Notes: a model not told the origin generated them from the letters alone. Numbered from the stretch's first letter, positions 10,879 through 25,046 are shown. The stretch is 64,000 nt of DNA from Pseudomonas aeruginosa PAO1 (GCF_000006765.1 NC_002516.2); one strand, 5' to 3'. Numbers and translations: made by a program.

Positions 10879-12399
10879 ATGGACTTGCAAAGCATGCCGC
10901 AAAAACCTGCCGAGGCATTCCCGCTGATTGCCGCCCTGGACCTGGGCTCCAACAGTTTCCACCTCTGTCTGGCCAAGGCCAATATCCACGGCGAAGTCCG
11001 CATCCTCGAACGGCTGGGCGAGAAGGTCCAACTGGCCGCCGGCCTCGACGAGGAGCGCAATCTCAGCGAAGAGGCCACCCAGCGCGGCCTCGACTGCCTG
11101 CGCCGCTTCGCCCAGTTCATCAGCGGCATGCCCCAGGGTTCCGTACGCGTGGTCGCGACCAACGCCTTGCGCGAGGCGCGCAACCGCAGCGATTTCATCC
11201 GTCGTGCGGAAGAGGTTCTCGGCCATCCCGTGGAAGTCATCTCCGGCCGCGAGGAAGCCCGCCTGATCTACCTCGGCGTCGCCAACAGCATGCCCGACAG
11301 CGGCGGTCGCCGGCTGGTCAGCGACATCGGCGGCGGCAGCACCGAGTTCATCATCGGCCAGGGTTTCGAGTCCGAGCTGCGGGAAAGCCTGCAGATGGGT
11401 TGCGTCAGCTACACCCAACGCTACTTCCGCGACGGCAAGATCACCCCGGCCCGCTACGCCCAGGCGTACACTGCTGCACGCCTGGAACTGATGGGCATCG
11501 AGAACAGCCTGCGGCGCCTCGGCTGGCAACAGGCGGTCGGCGCCTCCGGCACCATCCGCGCAGTGGCGCTGGCGATCAAGGCCGGCGGCCACGGCAACGG
11601 CGAGATCAGCCCGGACGGACTGGCCTGGCTGAAGCGCAAGGTGCTCAAGCTCGGCGACGTGGAGAAGCTCGATCTGGAAGGGATCAAGCCGGACCGCCGG
11701 ACCATCTTCCCGGCCGGACTGGCCATTCTCGAAGCGATCTTCGACGCGCTGGAACTGGAACAGATGGTTCACTCCGAGGGCGCCCTGCGCGAAGGCGTTC
11801 TCTACGACCTGGTCGGCCGTCACCAGCACGAGGACGTGCGCGAACGCACCATCAGCTCGCTGATGCAGCGCTACCACGTCGATCCGGAGCAGGCTTCGCG
11901 GGTGGAGGCCAAGGCCCTCAAGGTGCTTGCCGAAGTCGGCGACGCCTGGGAGCTGAACGGCGAACTGCACCGCGACCTGCTGAGCTGGGGCGCACGGGTC
12001 CACGAGATCGGCCTGGACATCGCTCATTACCACTACCACAAGCACGGCGCCTACCTGATCGAGCACTCCGACCTGGCTGGCTTCTCGCGCCAGGACCAGC
12101 AGATGCTGTCGCTACTGGTACGCGGCCACCGCCGCAACATTCCGGCGGACAAGCTGGCGGAGTTCGCCGAGGAAGGCGACAAGCTGGTACGCCTGTGCAT
12201 CGTGCTGCGCTTCGCGATCCTCTTCCACCACATTCGCGGCACCCAGGAAATGCCCTCGGTGCGTCTGAAGGCAGAGCCCAAGAGCCTTTCGGTGACCTTC
12301 CCCGAGGGCTGGCTGGAAGCCAACCCGCTGACCCAAGCCGACTTCGCCCAGGAAGCCGAATGGCTCAAGCGGGTCGGCTACAGCCTCAACGTGCGGTAA
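10879..12399 (+). CDS. ppx: Exopolyphosphatase
   Basis: [30 protein letters not shown] Ppx/GppA motifs; 506 aa from MDLQSM. Confidence 0.96.
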   Translation: MDLQSMPQKPAEAFPLIAALDLGSNSFHLCLAKANIHGEVRILERLGEKVQLAAGLDEERNLSEEATQRGLDCLRRFAQFISGMPQGSVRVVATNALREARNRSDFIRRAEEVLGHPVEVISGREEARLIYLGVANSMPDSGGRRLVSDIGGGSTEFIIGQGFESELRESLQMGCVSYTQRYFRDGKITPARYAQAYTAARLELMGIENSLRRLGWQQAVGASGTIRAVALAIKAGGHGNGEISPDGLAWLKRKVLKLGDVEKLDLEGIKPDRRTIFPAGLAILEAIFDALELEQMVHSEGALREGVLYDLVGRHQHEDVRERTISSLMQRYHVDPEQASRVEAKALKVLAEVGDAWELNGELHRDLLSWGARVHEIGLDIAHYHYHKHGAYLIEHSDLAGFSRQDQQMLSLLVRGHRRNIPADKLAEFAEEGDKLVRLCIVLRFAILFHHIRGTQEMPSVRLKAEPKSLSVTFPEGWLEANPLTQADFAQEAEWLKRVGYSLNVR

Positions 12400-14596
12400 G
12401 CACCGGCGCGGCCAGCTTCTCCAGCAGGGTCGCCTGGGTATTGCGGGGGTTCTGGTTACCGGTGGGACTGAGCCGCTGGTAGCTACCGTCGGCCTGCAAC
12501 ACCCAGGCCTGGGTGTTGTCGGTCAGGTACGTTTCCAGTTCCTTCTTGACCCGCTGCACCAGCTTCTTGCCTTCCACCGGGAAGCAGGTCTCGACGCGCA
12601 TGTCGAGGTTGCGCTCCATCCAGTCGGCGCTGGAGAGATAGAGCTTCTCGTCGCCGCCGTTGAGGAAGTAGTAGATGCGGCTGTGCTCGAGGAAGCGCCC
12701 GATGATCGAGCGCACGTGGATATTGTGCGAGACCCCCGGGATGCCCGGCCGCAGGCAGCACATGCCACGCACCACCAGGTCGATCCTGACCCCGGCCTGG
12801 CTGGCCTTGTACAGGGCGCGGATGACCTTCGGATCGGTCAGCGAGTTGACCTTGGCCATGATGTGCGCAGGCTGGCCGAGCGCCGCCTGGGCCGCCTCGC
12901 GGTTGATCATTTCCAGCAGGTTCTTCTTCAGGGTGAACGGCGCATGCAACAGCTTCTTCATGCGCAGCGTCTTGCCCATCCCGATCAGTTGGTTGAACAG
13001 CTTGTGCAGGTCCTCGCAGAGCGCCACGTCGGCGGTCAGCAGGCTGTAGTCGGTGTACAGGCGAGCGTTGCCGGCATGGTAGTTGCCGGTGCCCAGGTGC
13101 GCGTAGCGGCGCAGTTCGCCGTCCTCGCGACGGAGGATCAGCATCATCTTGGCGTGGGTCTTGAAGCCGACCACGCCGTAGATCACCACCGCGCCGGCCT
13201 GTTGCAGGCGGCTGGCCAGTTGCAGGTTGGACTCTTCGTCGAAGCGGGCGCGCAGCTCGATCACCGCGGTGACCTCCTTGCCGTTGCGTGCCGCCTCGAC
13301 CAGGGCGTCGACGATCTCAGAGTTGGCGCCGCTGCGGTACAGGGTCTGCTTGATCGCCAGCACGTTCGGATCCTTGGCGGCCTGGCGCAGCAGGTCGATC
13401 ACCGGGGTGAAGGATTCGAACGGGTGCATCAGCAACACGTCGAGCTTGCTGAGGACGTTGAAGAGGTTTTCCTTCTTCTGCAAAAGACGCGGGATCGCCG
13501 GGGTGAAGGGCGGGTACTGCAGCTCCGGATGGCTTTCCAGGCCGGTGACGCTGAACAGGCGGGTCAGGTTGACCGGGCCGCTGACCTTGTACAACTCGCT
13601 TTCGGACAGGCCGAACTGCTTGAGCAGGTAGTTGGTCAGGTTCTGCGGGCAGGTATCCACCACCTCCAGGCGTACCGCATCCCCGTAGCGACGCGAGAAC
13701 AGCTCGCCGCGCAGCGCGCGGGCCAGGTCCTCGACATCCTCGGTGTCCACCGACAGGTCGGCGTTGCGGGTCAGGCGGAACTGGTAGCAGCCCTTCACCT
13801 TCATGCCGGGGAACAGGTCGTCGGCGTGGGCGTGGATCATCGACGACAGGAACACGTAGTTGTCACCCTCGCCGCCAACGTCTTCCGGCAGCCTGATGAT
13901 CCGTGGCAGCAGGCGCGGCGCCGGGATGATCGCCAGGCCGGAGTCGCGGCCGAAGGCATCCATCCCCTCCAGCTCGACGATGAAGTTGAGGCTCTTGTTC
14001 ACCAGCAGCGGGAACGGATGGGTCGGGTCGAGGCCGATCGGGGTGATGATCGGCGCGATCTCGTCGCGGAAGAAGCGCCGCACCCAGGTCTTGATCTTCA
14101 GCGTCCAGTGACGCCGGCGGATGAAGCGGATCTGGTGCTTGGCCAGCTCCGGCAACAGGGTCTCGTTGAGGATCCGGTACTGCCGCGATACCTGCTCGTG
14201 GACCAGCTCGCTGATCCGCGCCAGGGCCTGGTGCGGCAGCAGGCCGTCGGCGCCGGCCTGCTCGCGGGCGAAGGTGATCTGCTTCTTCAGGCCGGCGATG
14301 CGGATCTCGAAGAATTCGTCGAGGTTGCTCGAGAAGATGAGGAGGAACTTCAGCCGCTCCAGGAGCGGGTAGGACTCGTCCAGCGCCTGTTCGAGCACGC
14401 GGATGTTGAACTGCAACTGGGAGAGCTCGCGATGAATGTACAGGCTGCTGTCATCCACGCTGGGAACCACCGCAGGTGGCGTTTCCACCGGGATCGTTTC
14501 GGCCATCTTCACTTCTGCTTCGCTTTCCACGTTCGCCACTACGGTTTCGTCGGCGGCGATACGTTCGATCTCATCAAGTCCTTGCTGCGTATTCAT
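12386..14596 (-). CDS. ppk1: Polyphosphate kinase 1
   Basis: [44 protein letters not shown] motifs. The start could be a downstream Met. Confidence 0.96.
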   Translation of the reverse strand: MNTQQGLDEIERIAADETVVANVESEAEVKMAETIPVETPPAVVPSVDDSSLYIHRELSQLQFNIRVLEQALDESYPLLERLKFLLIFSSNLDEFFEIRIAGLKKQITFAREQAGADGLLPHQALARISELVHEQVSRQYRILNETLLPELAKHQIRFIRRRHWTLKIKTWVRRFFRDEIAPIITPIGLDPTHPFPLLVNKSLNFIVELEGMDAFGRDSGLAIIPAPRLLPRIIRLPEDVGGEGDNYVFLSSMIHAHADDLFPGMKVKGCYQFRLTRNADLSVDTEDVEDLARALRGELFSRRYGDAVRLEVVDTCPQNLTNYLLKQFGLSESELYKVSGPVNLTRLFSVTGLESHPELQYPPFTPAIPRLLQKKENLFNVLSKLDVLLMHPFESFTPVIDLLRQAAKDPNVLAIKQTLYRSGANSEIVDALVEAARNGKEVTAVIELRARFDEESNLQLASRLQQAGAVVIYGVVGFKTHAKMMLILRREDGELRRYAHLGTGNYHAGNARLYTDYSLLTADVALCEDLHKLFNQLIGMGKTLRMKKLLHAPFTLKKNLLEMINREAAQAALGQPAHIMAKVNSLTDPKVIRALYKASQAGVRIDLVVRGMCCLRPGIPGVSHNIHVRSIIGRFLEHSRIYYFLNGGDEKLYLSSADWMERNLDMRVETCFPVEGKKLVQRVKKELETYLTDNTQAWVLQADGSYQRLSPTGNQNPRNTQATLLEKLAAPVLTAR

Positions 14597-14613
14597 TCAT
14601 CTTCCCGAGGGGG

Positions 14614-15630
<1,017 letters not shown>

Positions 15631-15870
15631 TTACTCCAGGGCCCAGATAACGGGCACAGTGTGACAGTTATAGTCCCTGATTATGACGGATTGGCAACAA
15701 GCGACGACAGTGACTCAAGGTCGCGGCATCCTGCCGCACCGCCAATCATCGCAAAAAGCCAGCGGCAAAGGCCATTCATTGCACAATCAATGACCTGGGC
15801 CGTGACGATCGCGCTTTCCCCACGCCCTCAACCGAGTTAGGCTGCGCGTTCATTTCGCTTCGCTGCCCCG

Positions 15871-16461
15871 ATGATGCTCCAACAATTCCTGCAGGACTTC
15901 GGCTATTTCGCCCTTTTTCTCGGTACTTTCTTCGAGGGCGAAACCATTCTCGTGCTGGCCGGGTTCCTTGCCTTCCGCGGCTACATGCAGCTGGATACCG
16001 TGATTCTCACCGCCTTCCTCGGCAGCTACGCCGGTGACCAACTCTGGTACTTCCTCGGCCGCCGCCACGGCCGCCGGTTGCTGGCGCGCAAGCCGCGCTG
16101 GCAGAAGCTCGGCGACAAGGCGCTGGACCATGTGCGCCGCCATCCCGACCTGTGGGTGCTGAGTTTCCGCTTCGTCTATGGCCTGCGTACGGTGATGCCG
16201 GTGGCCATCGGCCTGTCCGGCTATCCACCGGCCCGCTATCTTCTTCTCAACGGCATCGGCGCCATCGTCTGGGCCGCCGCGCTGGGCTCCGCCGCCTACT
16301 ATTTCGGCAGCGTACTGGAAGGCATGCTCGGCAACATCAAGAAATACGAACTCATGGTCCTCGGCGGCCTGATCGTGCTGGGCCTGCTGCTCTGGCTATG
16401 GCGGCGTTTCAAGACACCGCGCGGCAACGGCGCGGGCGGCAACGCCGACAAATCCGAGTGA
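15871..16461 (+). CDS. DedA-family membrane protein
   Basis: FFEGETIL..AG, GSYAGDQLWYFLGR, FRFVYGLR DedA motifs. Confidence 0.88.
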   Translation: MMLQQFLQDFGYFALFLGTFFEGETILVLAGFLAFRGYMQLDTVILTAFLGSYAGDQLWYFLGRRHGRRLLARKPRWQKLGDKALDHVRRHPDLWVLSFRFVYGLRTVMPVAIGLSGYPPARYLLLNGIGAIVWAAALGSAAYYFGSVLEGMLGNIKKYELMVLGGLIVLGLLLWLWRRFKTPRGNGAGGNADKSE

Positions 16462-16625
16462 ACCCGCGCCGGCGCGACTGAACAGCCGGCCCCTTCGTAC
16501 ACTCCAACTCCTTGTACCCTCCGCTCCGGCTGGCCGCCGGGGGCGGCGGCTCGCTATGCTTGCGCGATACCGACCCCGGCCAGGCCCGTCCGGTCCGGAT
16601 CCTGCGTTCCCAAGGAGTAAACCTC

Positions 16626-17294
16626 ATGCACAAGAAAGTTGCCGTCATCCTCTCCGGTTGTGGCGTCTACGATGGCGCGGAAATCCACGAAAGCGTGATC
16701 ACCCTGCTCCGCCTCAGCCAGCGTGGCGCCGAGGCACAATGCTTCGCGCCGAACATCGCCCAGCACCATGTGGTCAACCACCTGACCGGCGAGGAAATGC
16801 CGGAAAGCCGCAATGTCCTGGTCGAGTCCGCGCGTATCGCCCGCGGCGAAGTCAAGGACCTGCGCGAAGCCCGCGCCGAGGACTACGACGCGCTGATCGT
16901 GCCCGGTGGCTTCGGCGCTGCGAAGAACCTCAGCGACTTTGCCATCAACGGCGCGCAATGCCAGGTGCAGCCGGACGTGCTGGCGCTGGCCAAGGCTTTC
17001 GCCGAAGCCGGCAAGCCAGTCGGGCTGATCTGCATCGCTCCGGCGATGGCGGCGAAGATCTACGGCGCCGGCGTCCAATGCACCATCGGCAACGACGCCG
17101 ACACCGCCGACGCGCTGAAGCAGATGGGTGCCGAGCACATCGACGCGCCGGTGGACGAGATCGTCGAAGACAGCGCGCGCAAGCTGGTGACCACCCCGGC
17201 CTACATGCTCGCCCAGTCGATCGCCGAAGCCGCTTCCGGGATCAACAAGCTGGTCGACCGGGTGCTCGAACTGGTGGACCAGGACAAGGCCTGA
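16626..17294 (+). CDS. elbB: ElbB/ES1-family glyoxalase (DJ-1/PfpI superfamily)
   Basis: KKVAVILSGCGVYDGAEIHE, PGGFGAAKNLS, GLICIAP, KLVTTPAYML. Confidence 0.88.
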   Translation: MHKKVAVILSGCGVYDGAEIHESVITLLRLSQRGAEAQCFAPNIAQHHVVNHLTGEEMPESRNVLVESARIARGEVKDLREARAEDYDALIVPGGFGAAKNLSDFAINGAQCQVQPDVLALAKAFAEAGKPVGLICIAPAMAAKIYGAGVQCTIGNDADTADALKQMGAEHIDAPVDEIVEDSARKLVTTPAYMLAQSIAEAASGINKLVDRVLELVDQDKA

Positions 17295-17389
17295 TCGGCC
17301 AAGCACGAGGGCGGTCGCGCCGCCGCCCTTTTCAAATCCGTGCCGCTACGCCAGCGTGCGTCTCGAAACCATCGAATCGAGACGCCGCG

Positions 17390-17863
17390 ATGAGCGAAAC
17401 GCCCTCCCCCGCCCTGCCTGACGACGTCCACCAACTGGTGGCGGATTTCTTCCAGCGCATCCCCTTCAACCGCATGCTCGGGATCCGCGTGGCGAGCCTC
17501 GGCCGCGAGCGGGTAGTCCTCGACCTGCCGATGAAGGACGAACTGATCGGCAACTTCGTCCAGGGCATTCTCCACGGCGGGGTGATCTCCAGCCTGCTCG
17601 ACGTCACCGGCGGAGCGATGGCCCTGATCGGCGCCCTCGAACGGCATCGCGAACTGCCAGGCCACGAGCGCATGGCGCGGCTGTCGAAACTCGGCACCAT
17701 CGACTTGCGCGTCGACTACCTGCGCCCGGGACGCGGCCGGACGTTCACCGCCCATGCGGTGCCGCTTCGCTCGGGCAACAAGGTCGCAGTGGTGCGCTCG
17801 GAACTGCATAGCGACGACGGCACGCTGGTCGCCGTCGGTACCGGTACCTATCTGTGCGGCTGA
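17390..17863 (+). CDS. PaaI/hotdog-fold thioesterase
   Basis: IPFNRMLGI, LHGGVISSLLD, TIDLRVDYLRPG, VAVGTGTY. Confidence 0.85.
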   Translation: MSETPSPALPDDVHQLVADFFQRIPFNRMLGIRVASLGRERVVLDLPMKDELIGNFVQGILHGGVISSLLDVTGGAMALIGALERHRELPGHERMARLSKLGTIDLRVDYLRPGRGRTFTAHAVPLRSGNKVAVVRSELHSDDGTLVAVGTGTYLCG

Positions 17864-18330
17864 CTCGCGCGTAGATCGGCTTCCCGCTGCAGGCGGGTGA
17901 GCAGGCGGTCCAGGGCGTTGGCGAACGCCTGGCGGTCACGCTCACCGTAGGGCGCCTGGCCGCCGCCCATCTGCCCCTGGTCACGCAGGTCGGCCATCAG
18001 GTTGCGCATGGCCAGCTTATCGCCCATGTTCCGCGCGTCGAACTCGCGGCCGCGAGGATCGAGGGCGGCAACCTGTTTCTTGATCAGCCGATCGGCCAGC
18101 GGTACGTCGCTGCAGATCGCCAGGTCGCCCGGCTCGGCCTGCTCCACCAGGTAATCGTCAGCCGCATCCATCCCGCTTTCCACCACCACCAGACGCACGC
18201 AGGCGAACGGCGGCTTGACCTGCGGCTGGCCGGCGACCATCCAGACTTCCAGCTTGCGCTTGAGGGCGAACTTGCAGACCAGTTCCTTGGCCGCCTTGGG
18301 GCAGGCGTCGGCATCGATCCAGATACGCAT
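17848..18330 (-). CDS. YaiI/YqxD family protein (UPF0178)
   Basis: MRIWIDADACP, DAADDYL, D.PLA, LDPRG motifs. Confidence 0.88.
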   Translation of the reverse strand: MRIWIDADACPKAAKELVCKFALKRKLEVWMVAGQPQVKPPFACVRLVVVESGMDAADDYLVEQAEPGDLAICSDVPLADRLIKKQVAALDPRGREFDARNMGDKLAMRNLMADLRDQGQMGGGQAPYGERDRQAFANALDRLLTRLQREADLRASQPHR

Positions 18331-18396
18331 GAACGGACTTCCGTAGAAATGACGACGGCCAGTATCGCACTGGCCGTCGTGGTTGCGCGAACCCGC

Positions 18397-20298
18397 TCAG
18401 TCGGCCGCGTTGGCCGCCGCACGCCGGCGCTCGACGATCCGGCTACGTCCGTAGAGCAGCGCGATGGCCACCAGCGCCATGGCCTGGGCCGACAGCGAAT
18501 AGGCGTCGGCCTTGATCCCCAGCCAGTCGAAGTCGAAGAACGGCACCGGACGGGTGCCGATCACCCCGGCTTCCTGCAAGGCGATGACGCCATGTCCGGC
18601 GAACACCACCGAGAGCGCACAGAGCAACGCCGCGTTGATGCTGAAGAACAACCCCAGCGGCAGTTTCGCCGAACCACGCAGGATCACCCAGGCCAGGCCG
18701 ATCAGCAGGACCACGGCGGTCGCCGCGCCGCCGATCACGGCATTGTGCCCGGCCGGTCCGGCCTGCAACCAGAGGGTTTCGTAGAACAGGATGACCTCGA
18801 ACAACTCGCGGTAGACCGAGAAGAACGCCAGCACTGCGAAGCCGAAGCGTCCGCCACCGCCCACCAGGCTGCTGCGGATGTAGTCCTGCCAGGCTGCCGC
18901 GTGGCGGCGGTCGTGCATCCAGACGCCGAGCCAGAGCACCATCACGCAGGCGAACAGAGAGGTGAAGCCCTCCATCAGCTCGCGCTGGGCACCGCCGATA
19001 TCGATCACATAGGCGGCCAACGCCCAGGTGGCGAAACCGGCGACGAAGGCCAGCCCCCAGCCGACGTGCACGCCACGCACGGCACTTTCCTGCCCGGTAT
19101 TGCGCAGGAAGGCGAGGATGGCGGCAAGCACCAGGATTGCCTCTACCCCTTCGCGCAACAGGATCAACAAGGCGGAAACGAAACTGATGGAGAAACTCAG
19201 CGAGTCGCCGCCAAGCTGCTTGGCGGCCTCTGCCAGCTTGCCCTTGGCCAGCTCCAGCTGTTGCGCCACCTGGGTTTCCGGGAGGCCATCGCGCAACGCC
19301 TGGCGGTAGGCCATCAGCTGCTTCTCGGTGGAGCGGCGCAAATCGGCGTCGACGTTGTCCAGCGAGCTTTCCACCAGCTCGAAGCCCTCCAGGTAGGCCG
19401 CCACCGACAGGTCGTAGGCCTGGTCGCGGTCGCCTTCGCGATAGACCGCGAAGCTCTTGTCCAGGGTGGCGGCGGTATAGTCGATCAACTGCCCAGGACC
19501 GCGCTGCTCCAGCGGCGGATGCGCACGCAGGGCGCGGAAGCTCTCCGCAGCGGCCTCGCCGTCGTGCTCGGCGACTTCGGCCGGAGTCTGCGTGGCCAGG
19601 GTCGCCAGCGGGTAGGCATGGGCCTTGTCCGGCTGCGCACTGCCGGCGCTCAGGCCGGCCACATAGCTGGCCAGGTCCCAGCGCTGGCGTTCGTCGAGCT
19701 GGTCGGCGAACGCCGGCATGTCGGTGCCGGCCACGCCCAGGCCGATGACGTTACGCAGGTCGTAGAGGCTCAGGTGGTCGAGGCGCTGGCGATCGGTGAG
19801 GTTCGCTGGCGGCGGTTCCAGGCCGATGCCGGCGGGGCCGTCGCCCTTGCCCGCATCGCCATGGCAGATCGCGCACTGCTGGGCATAGATCGGCGCCGCG
19901 CGGCTCGGGTCGGGGGTGATCGCGGGGGTCTGCACCACCTGGTAGATATCCGCCACCCGTGCCTCGAGGTTGCGCGCCTGGAGGGCCACGTCCCTTCCCG
20001 GCAAGCGCTGCTCGATGGCCTGGCGCAGGCTGGCGACGCCCCTCTCCAGCTCGGCGCGCTCGGGGCGCATCGGCAGGGTCAGGACCAATGCCTGCAGGTT
20101 GCCGACGAACTCCACCTGTTCCTGGTATTCGCTGGGGTCGACGATCTTGCCGTCAGCCACGGTCGGCGGATAGTCGGCCGCCAGGTAACTCAACAGATGC
20201 AAGGCTTGGGAGGGGTCGACGGCCGTGTCGGCAAGAGCTCCAAGGCTGAACGCGCAGACCAGCGGCAGCAGCCACAGCAGGATTTTCGGAGGGTGCAT
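18397..20298 (-). CDS. Cytochrome c-FTR1 iron permease fusion (PbrT-like)
   Basis: Signal peptide, HLLSYLAADY helix, CAICH heme motif, YLEGFE, and two RE-x-x-E motifs (REGVE, RELFE) in the C-terminal TM domain. Confidence 0.88.
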   Translation of the reverse strand: MHPPKILLWLLPLVCAFSLGALADTAVDPSQALHLLSYLAADYPPTVADGKIVDPSEYQEQVEFVGNLQALVLTLPMRPERAELERGVASLRQAIEQRLPGRDVALQARNLEARVADIYQVVQTPAITPDPSRAAPIYAQQCAICHGDAGKGDGPAGIGLEPPPANLTDRQRLDHLSLYDLRNVIGLGVAGTDMPAFADQLDERQRWDLASYVAGLSAGSAQPDKAHAYPLATLATQTPAEVAEHDGEAAAESFRALRAHPPLEQRGPGQLIDYTAATLDKSFAVYREGDRDQAYDLSVAAYLEGFELVESSLDNVDADLRRSTEKQLMAYRQALRDGLPETQVAQQLELAKGKLAEAAKQLGGDSLSFSISFVSALLILLREGVEAILVLAAILAFLRNTGQESAVRGVHVGWGLAFVAGFATWALAAYVIDIGGAQRELMEGFTSLFACVMVLWLGVWMHDRRHAAAWQDYIRSSLVGGGGRFGFAVLAFFSVYRELFEVILFYETLWLQAGPAGHNAVIGGAATAVVLLIGLAWVILRGSAKLPLGLFFSINAALLCALSVVFAGHGVIALQEAGVIGTRPVPFFDFDWLGIKADAYSLSAQAMALVAIALLYGRSRIVERRRAAANAAD

Positions 20299-20402
20299 GG
20301 CGAAGACGAAGTGAGAATGGAAGAGATTAAATTGTCCCTTCGCCTTCCCGCCCATGCAAGAAATACTCTGTAACAATCACGCCCATCAGCGTGTCGGGCG
20401 GC

Positions 20403-21032
20403 TCAGAGCGGCGCTCGGCGTACCGTCGCCAGCAGCCCCGCGGCACCGACGAACAGGCTGGCGAAGGTACGGTTCACCAGCTTCTGCTGGCGCGGCGAAC
20501 GCAGTACGCGTAGCACGCGCGCAGCCAGCCCGGTGTAGCCGGCCATGACGATCAGGTCGACGACGATCATGGTGCCGCCCATGATCAGGTATTGCGCCAG
20601 CAGCGGCTGGTGCGGGTCGATGAACTGCGGCAGCACCGCGAGCATGAAGATCACCGCCTTGGGATTGCTGGCGTTGACCAGGAAACCACGCAGCACCAGG
20701 GTCAACGGTCGCCCCAGAGGCCGTTCGCCATCGGTGCTCAAGGCCTGTGGCGGCGCCTGCCACTGGCGCACCGCCAGGTACACCAGGTAGGCCACGCCGA
20801 ACCACTTGATCAGGCTGAAAGCCAGTGCCGAGGTCGCCAGCAACGCACCGACGCCGGCGGCGACAATGGCGATCTGCAGGGCCAGGCCGATCTGCAGGCC
20901 CAGCGCGTTCCAGTAGCCTCGCGCAAAGCCGTACTGCAACCCGCAGGACATCGAGGCGATGGCTCCGGCGCCCGGCGACAGGCTGATGGCCCAGCAGGCG
21001 AGGAAGAAGGCGAACCAGGTACTGACGAGCAT
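20403..21032 (-). CDS. LysE/RhtB-family amino acid exporter
   Basis: SLSPGAG, FKWFGVAYLVYLA-like segment, GFLVNASNPK motifs; 209 aa. Confidence 0.88.
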   Translation of the reverse strand: MLVSTWFAFFLACWAISLSPGAGAIASMSCGLQYGFARGYWNALGLQIGLALQIAIVAAGVGALLATSALAFSLIKWFGVAYLVYLAVRQWQAPPQALSTDGERPLGRPLTLVLRGFLVNASNPKAVIFMLAVLPQFIDPHQPLLAQYLIMGGTMIVVDLIVMAGYTGLAARVLRVLRSPRQQKLVNRTFASLFVGAAGLLATVRRAPL

Positions 21033-21163
21033 TGCACACCTCGGAAAGCGAACGCGGCTGGCGGCGGGAACGAAAAAGCCAGTGTGCACCAAGGCGGAGC
21101 AGCCGCACAGGTTTTCCGACCACGCGCCTCGCCCAACCTTTGCGGGCGCAACCTGGCGGACAG

Positions 21164-21189
21164 AAAAAACCCGGCAGATGCCGGGCTTT
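21164..21189 (-). terminator. Intrinsic terminator after the TerC-family gene
   Basis: Stem CCCGGC/GCCGGG with a 6-T tract on the minus strand. Confidence 0.65.
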
Positions 21190-21261
21190 CCCGAGGATAC
21201 GTGCTCAGCCATGTTGGGCAGACCACCGCGATGCGGCTATTCGCCCTGGCCCCGAACGCTC

Positions 21262-22020
21262 TCAGTCCGGCGAACCCTTGCGCAGCTTCACCGGCTCTTC
21301 GCCGCGCTTGCGCGCCAGGGCTCCGCGCAAGCGGATGTTCAGCGCCTCCACCGCCAGGGAGAAGGCCATGGCGAAGTAGACGTAGCCTTTCGGCACGTGC
21401 ACTTCGAAGGACTCGGCCACCAGCACGGTGCCGACCACGATGAGGAACGACAGGGCGAGCATCTTCAGCGAGGGGTGTTTCTCGATGAAGTCGCTGATGG
21501 TGCCTGCCGCCAGCATCATCACGCCGACCGAGATGACGATCGCCGCGACCATCACCGGCACGTTCTGCACCAGACCGACGGCGGTGATCACCGAGTCCAG
21601 GGAGAAGATGATGTCGATGATCGCGATCTGGACGATGATGCCCATGAAGCCGTGGACCTTGCCGCCGCTCTTCTGCTCTTCTTCCGCGCCTTCCAGGCTG
21701 TGGTAGATCTCCATGGTGCTCTTGAACAGCAGGAACAGGCCGCCGAAGAAGAGGATCAGGTCACGCCCGGAGATGCCCTGGCCGAACAGGTGGAACAGGT
21801 CGGTGGTCAGGCGCATGACCCAGGTGATCGAGAGCAACAGCAGGATCCGCGTGCCCATGGCCAGGGCCAGGCCGAAGAAGCGCGCCTTCGGTTGCTGGGC
21901 CGGCGGCAGGCGCCCGACCAGGATCGAGATGAAGATGATGTTGTCGATGCCGAGGACGATTTCCAGGGCGGTCAGGGTCAGGAACGCGACCCAGATTTCA
22001 GGACTGGCGAGCCATTCCAT
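21262..22020 (-). CDS. TerC-family membrane protein
   Basis: LEIVLGIDNIIFI, DIIFSLDSVITAVG, PKGYVYFAMAFS. Confidence 0.9.
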   Translation of the reverse strand: MEWLASPEIWVAFLTLTALEIVLGIDNIIFISILVGRLPPAQQPKARFFGLALAMGTRILLLLSITWVMRLTTDLFHLFGQGISGRDLILFFGGLFLLFKSTMEIYHSLEGAEEEQKSGGKVHGFMGIIVQIAIIDIIFSLDSVITAVGLVQNVPVMVAAIVISVGVMMLAAGTISDFIEKHPSLKMLALSFLIVVGTVLVAESFEVHVPKGYVYFAMAFSLAVEALNIRLRGALARKRGEEPVKLRKGSPD

Positions 22021-22026
22021 AGATGG

Positions 22027-22604
22027 TTATTTCCCGTTTTTTGTTGGAGTTGAAAAACCTGGCCCACGCCAGCGACGCACGGCTTTCTGGAAGAACAGGC
22101 TGTTGGGAATCTGCAGCAGCGGGCCCGGCGAGCCATCCTCGAGGGTTTCTTCCAGTGTCGTATACAAGAGATTGATGGCAACCACGCGTCCGGTGACGCC
22201 CGGTTTGTCGGCGCTATCGATCAGCTCCACGCGGTCGCCGATGCGGAACGGCCCGACGGTGAAGATCAGCAACGCACAGAACAGGTTGGAGAGCACGCTC
22301 CAGATGGCGAAGAAGGCTACCGCCGCCACCGCGGCGAAACCGGTCAGCGCGGTCCACAGCACTTCGGCGGACACGCCCAGGCGCTCCAGCACCATGATCA
22401 GTGCGCTGACCATGATCAGCCAGCGCAGGCCCCCACGCAGCGGCAGGAGCAGCTCCGGCGGCACCGGATAACGCTCGCCGATACGGGTCACCGTGCGTCG
22501 GACCAGGCGCTGTAGCAGCCAGGCGACCAGCAGGATGAGCAGGATCTGCATCGCCACCACCAGCGGCCCGCTCCAGGTCTGCGTCAACACCTGCAAGTCT
22601 TCCA

Positions 22605-22608
<4 letters not shown>
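22027..22608 (-). CDS. Small MscS-family mechanosensitive channel protein
   Basis: TM helices, then PFRIGDRVEL, G.V..INLLYT, IPN motifs; short (193 aa), lacks the usual MscS C-terminal domain. Confidence 0.8.
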
Positions 22609-24521
<1,913 letters not shown>

Positions 24522-24566
24522 GGCGGCGGAGTTTATCAGTTTCGCCCTTGCGGAGCGTGAGGCTGT

Positions 24567-25046
24567 ATGACTGGAAATGTCTGGAAATTCGCGGTGGACG
24601 TCTATGCCCGGCCGGGCGTGGAAACGGCTTGCCTCGCGCTTCAGGAGCAAGGTGCGGACGTCTGCCTGTTGCTGGTCGCCGCCTGGCTTGGCAGGCGCGG
24701 TGTGAGCTGCTCGAAAGAACGCGCCCAGATCCTGGAGAACGCCGCGCGTCCCTGGCGCGAAACGGTCATCGAACCCCTGCGCAGATTGCGTTGCGCCTGG
24801 CGCGAAGCGGCAACCCACGACGCCTGCCTGGCCGAACTCCGCGAGGAAATGAAGGCCCAGGAACTACGAGCGGAACGGGAACACCTGCAACGCCTGGCCG
24901 ACCTGGCCACAGCCTGGCTGGAGGGCCAGGAAGCGAATCGCAGTGCGGATGCCTGGCTGCAAGCCTGCAGCCGGGACATCTGCACGGAAGCAGAGCGCCG
25001 GGCTTTGCTGGTGCTTGGCTCGGCGGCTTTGCAGACAGCGCCTTAG
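24567..25046 (+). CDS. TIGR02444/DUF2390-family protein
   Basis: WKFAVDVYARPGVETACLALQ..GADVCLLL, PLRRLR, ELRAE motifs. Confidence 0.75.
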   Translation: MTGNVWKFAVDVYARPGVETACLALQEQGADVCLLLVAAWLGRRGVSCSKERAQILENAARPWRETVIEPLRRLRCAWREAATHDACLAELREEMKAQELRAEREHLQRLADLATAWLEGQEANRSADAWLQACSRDICTEAERRALLVLGSAALQTAP

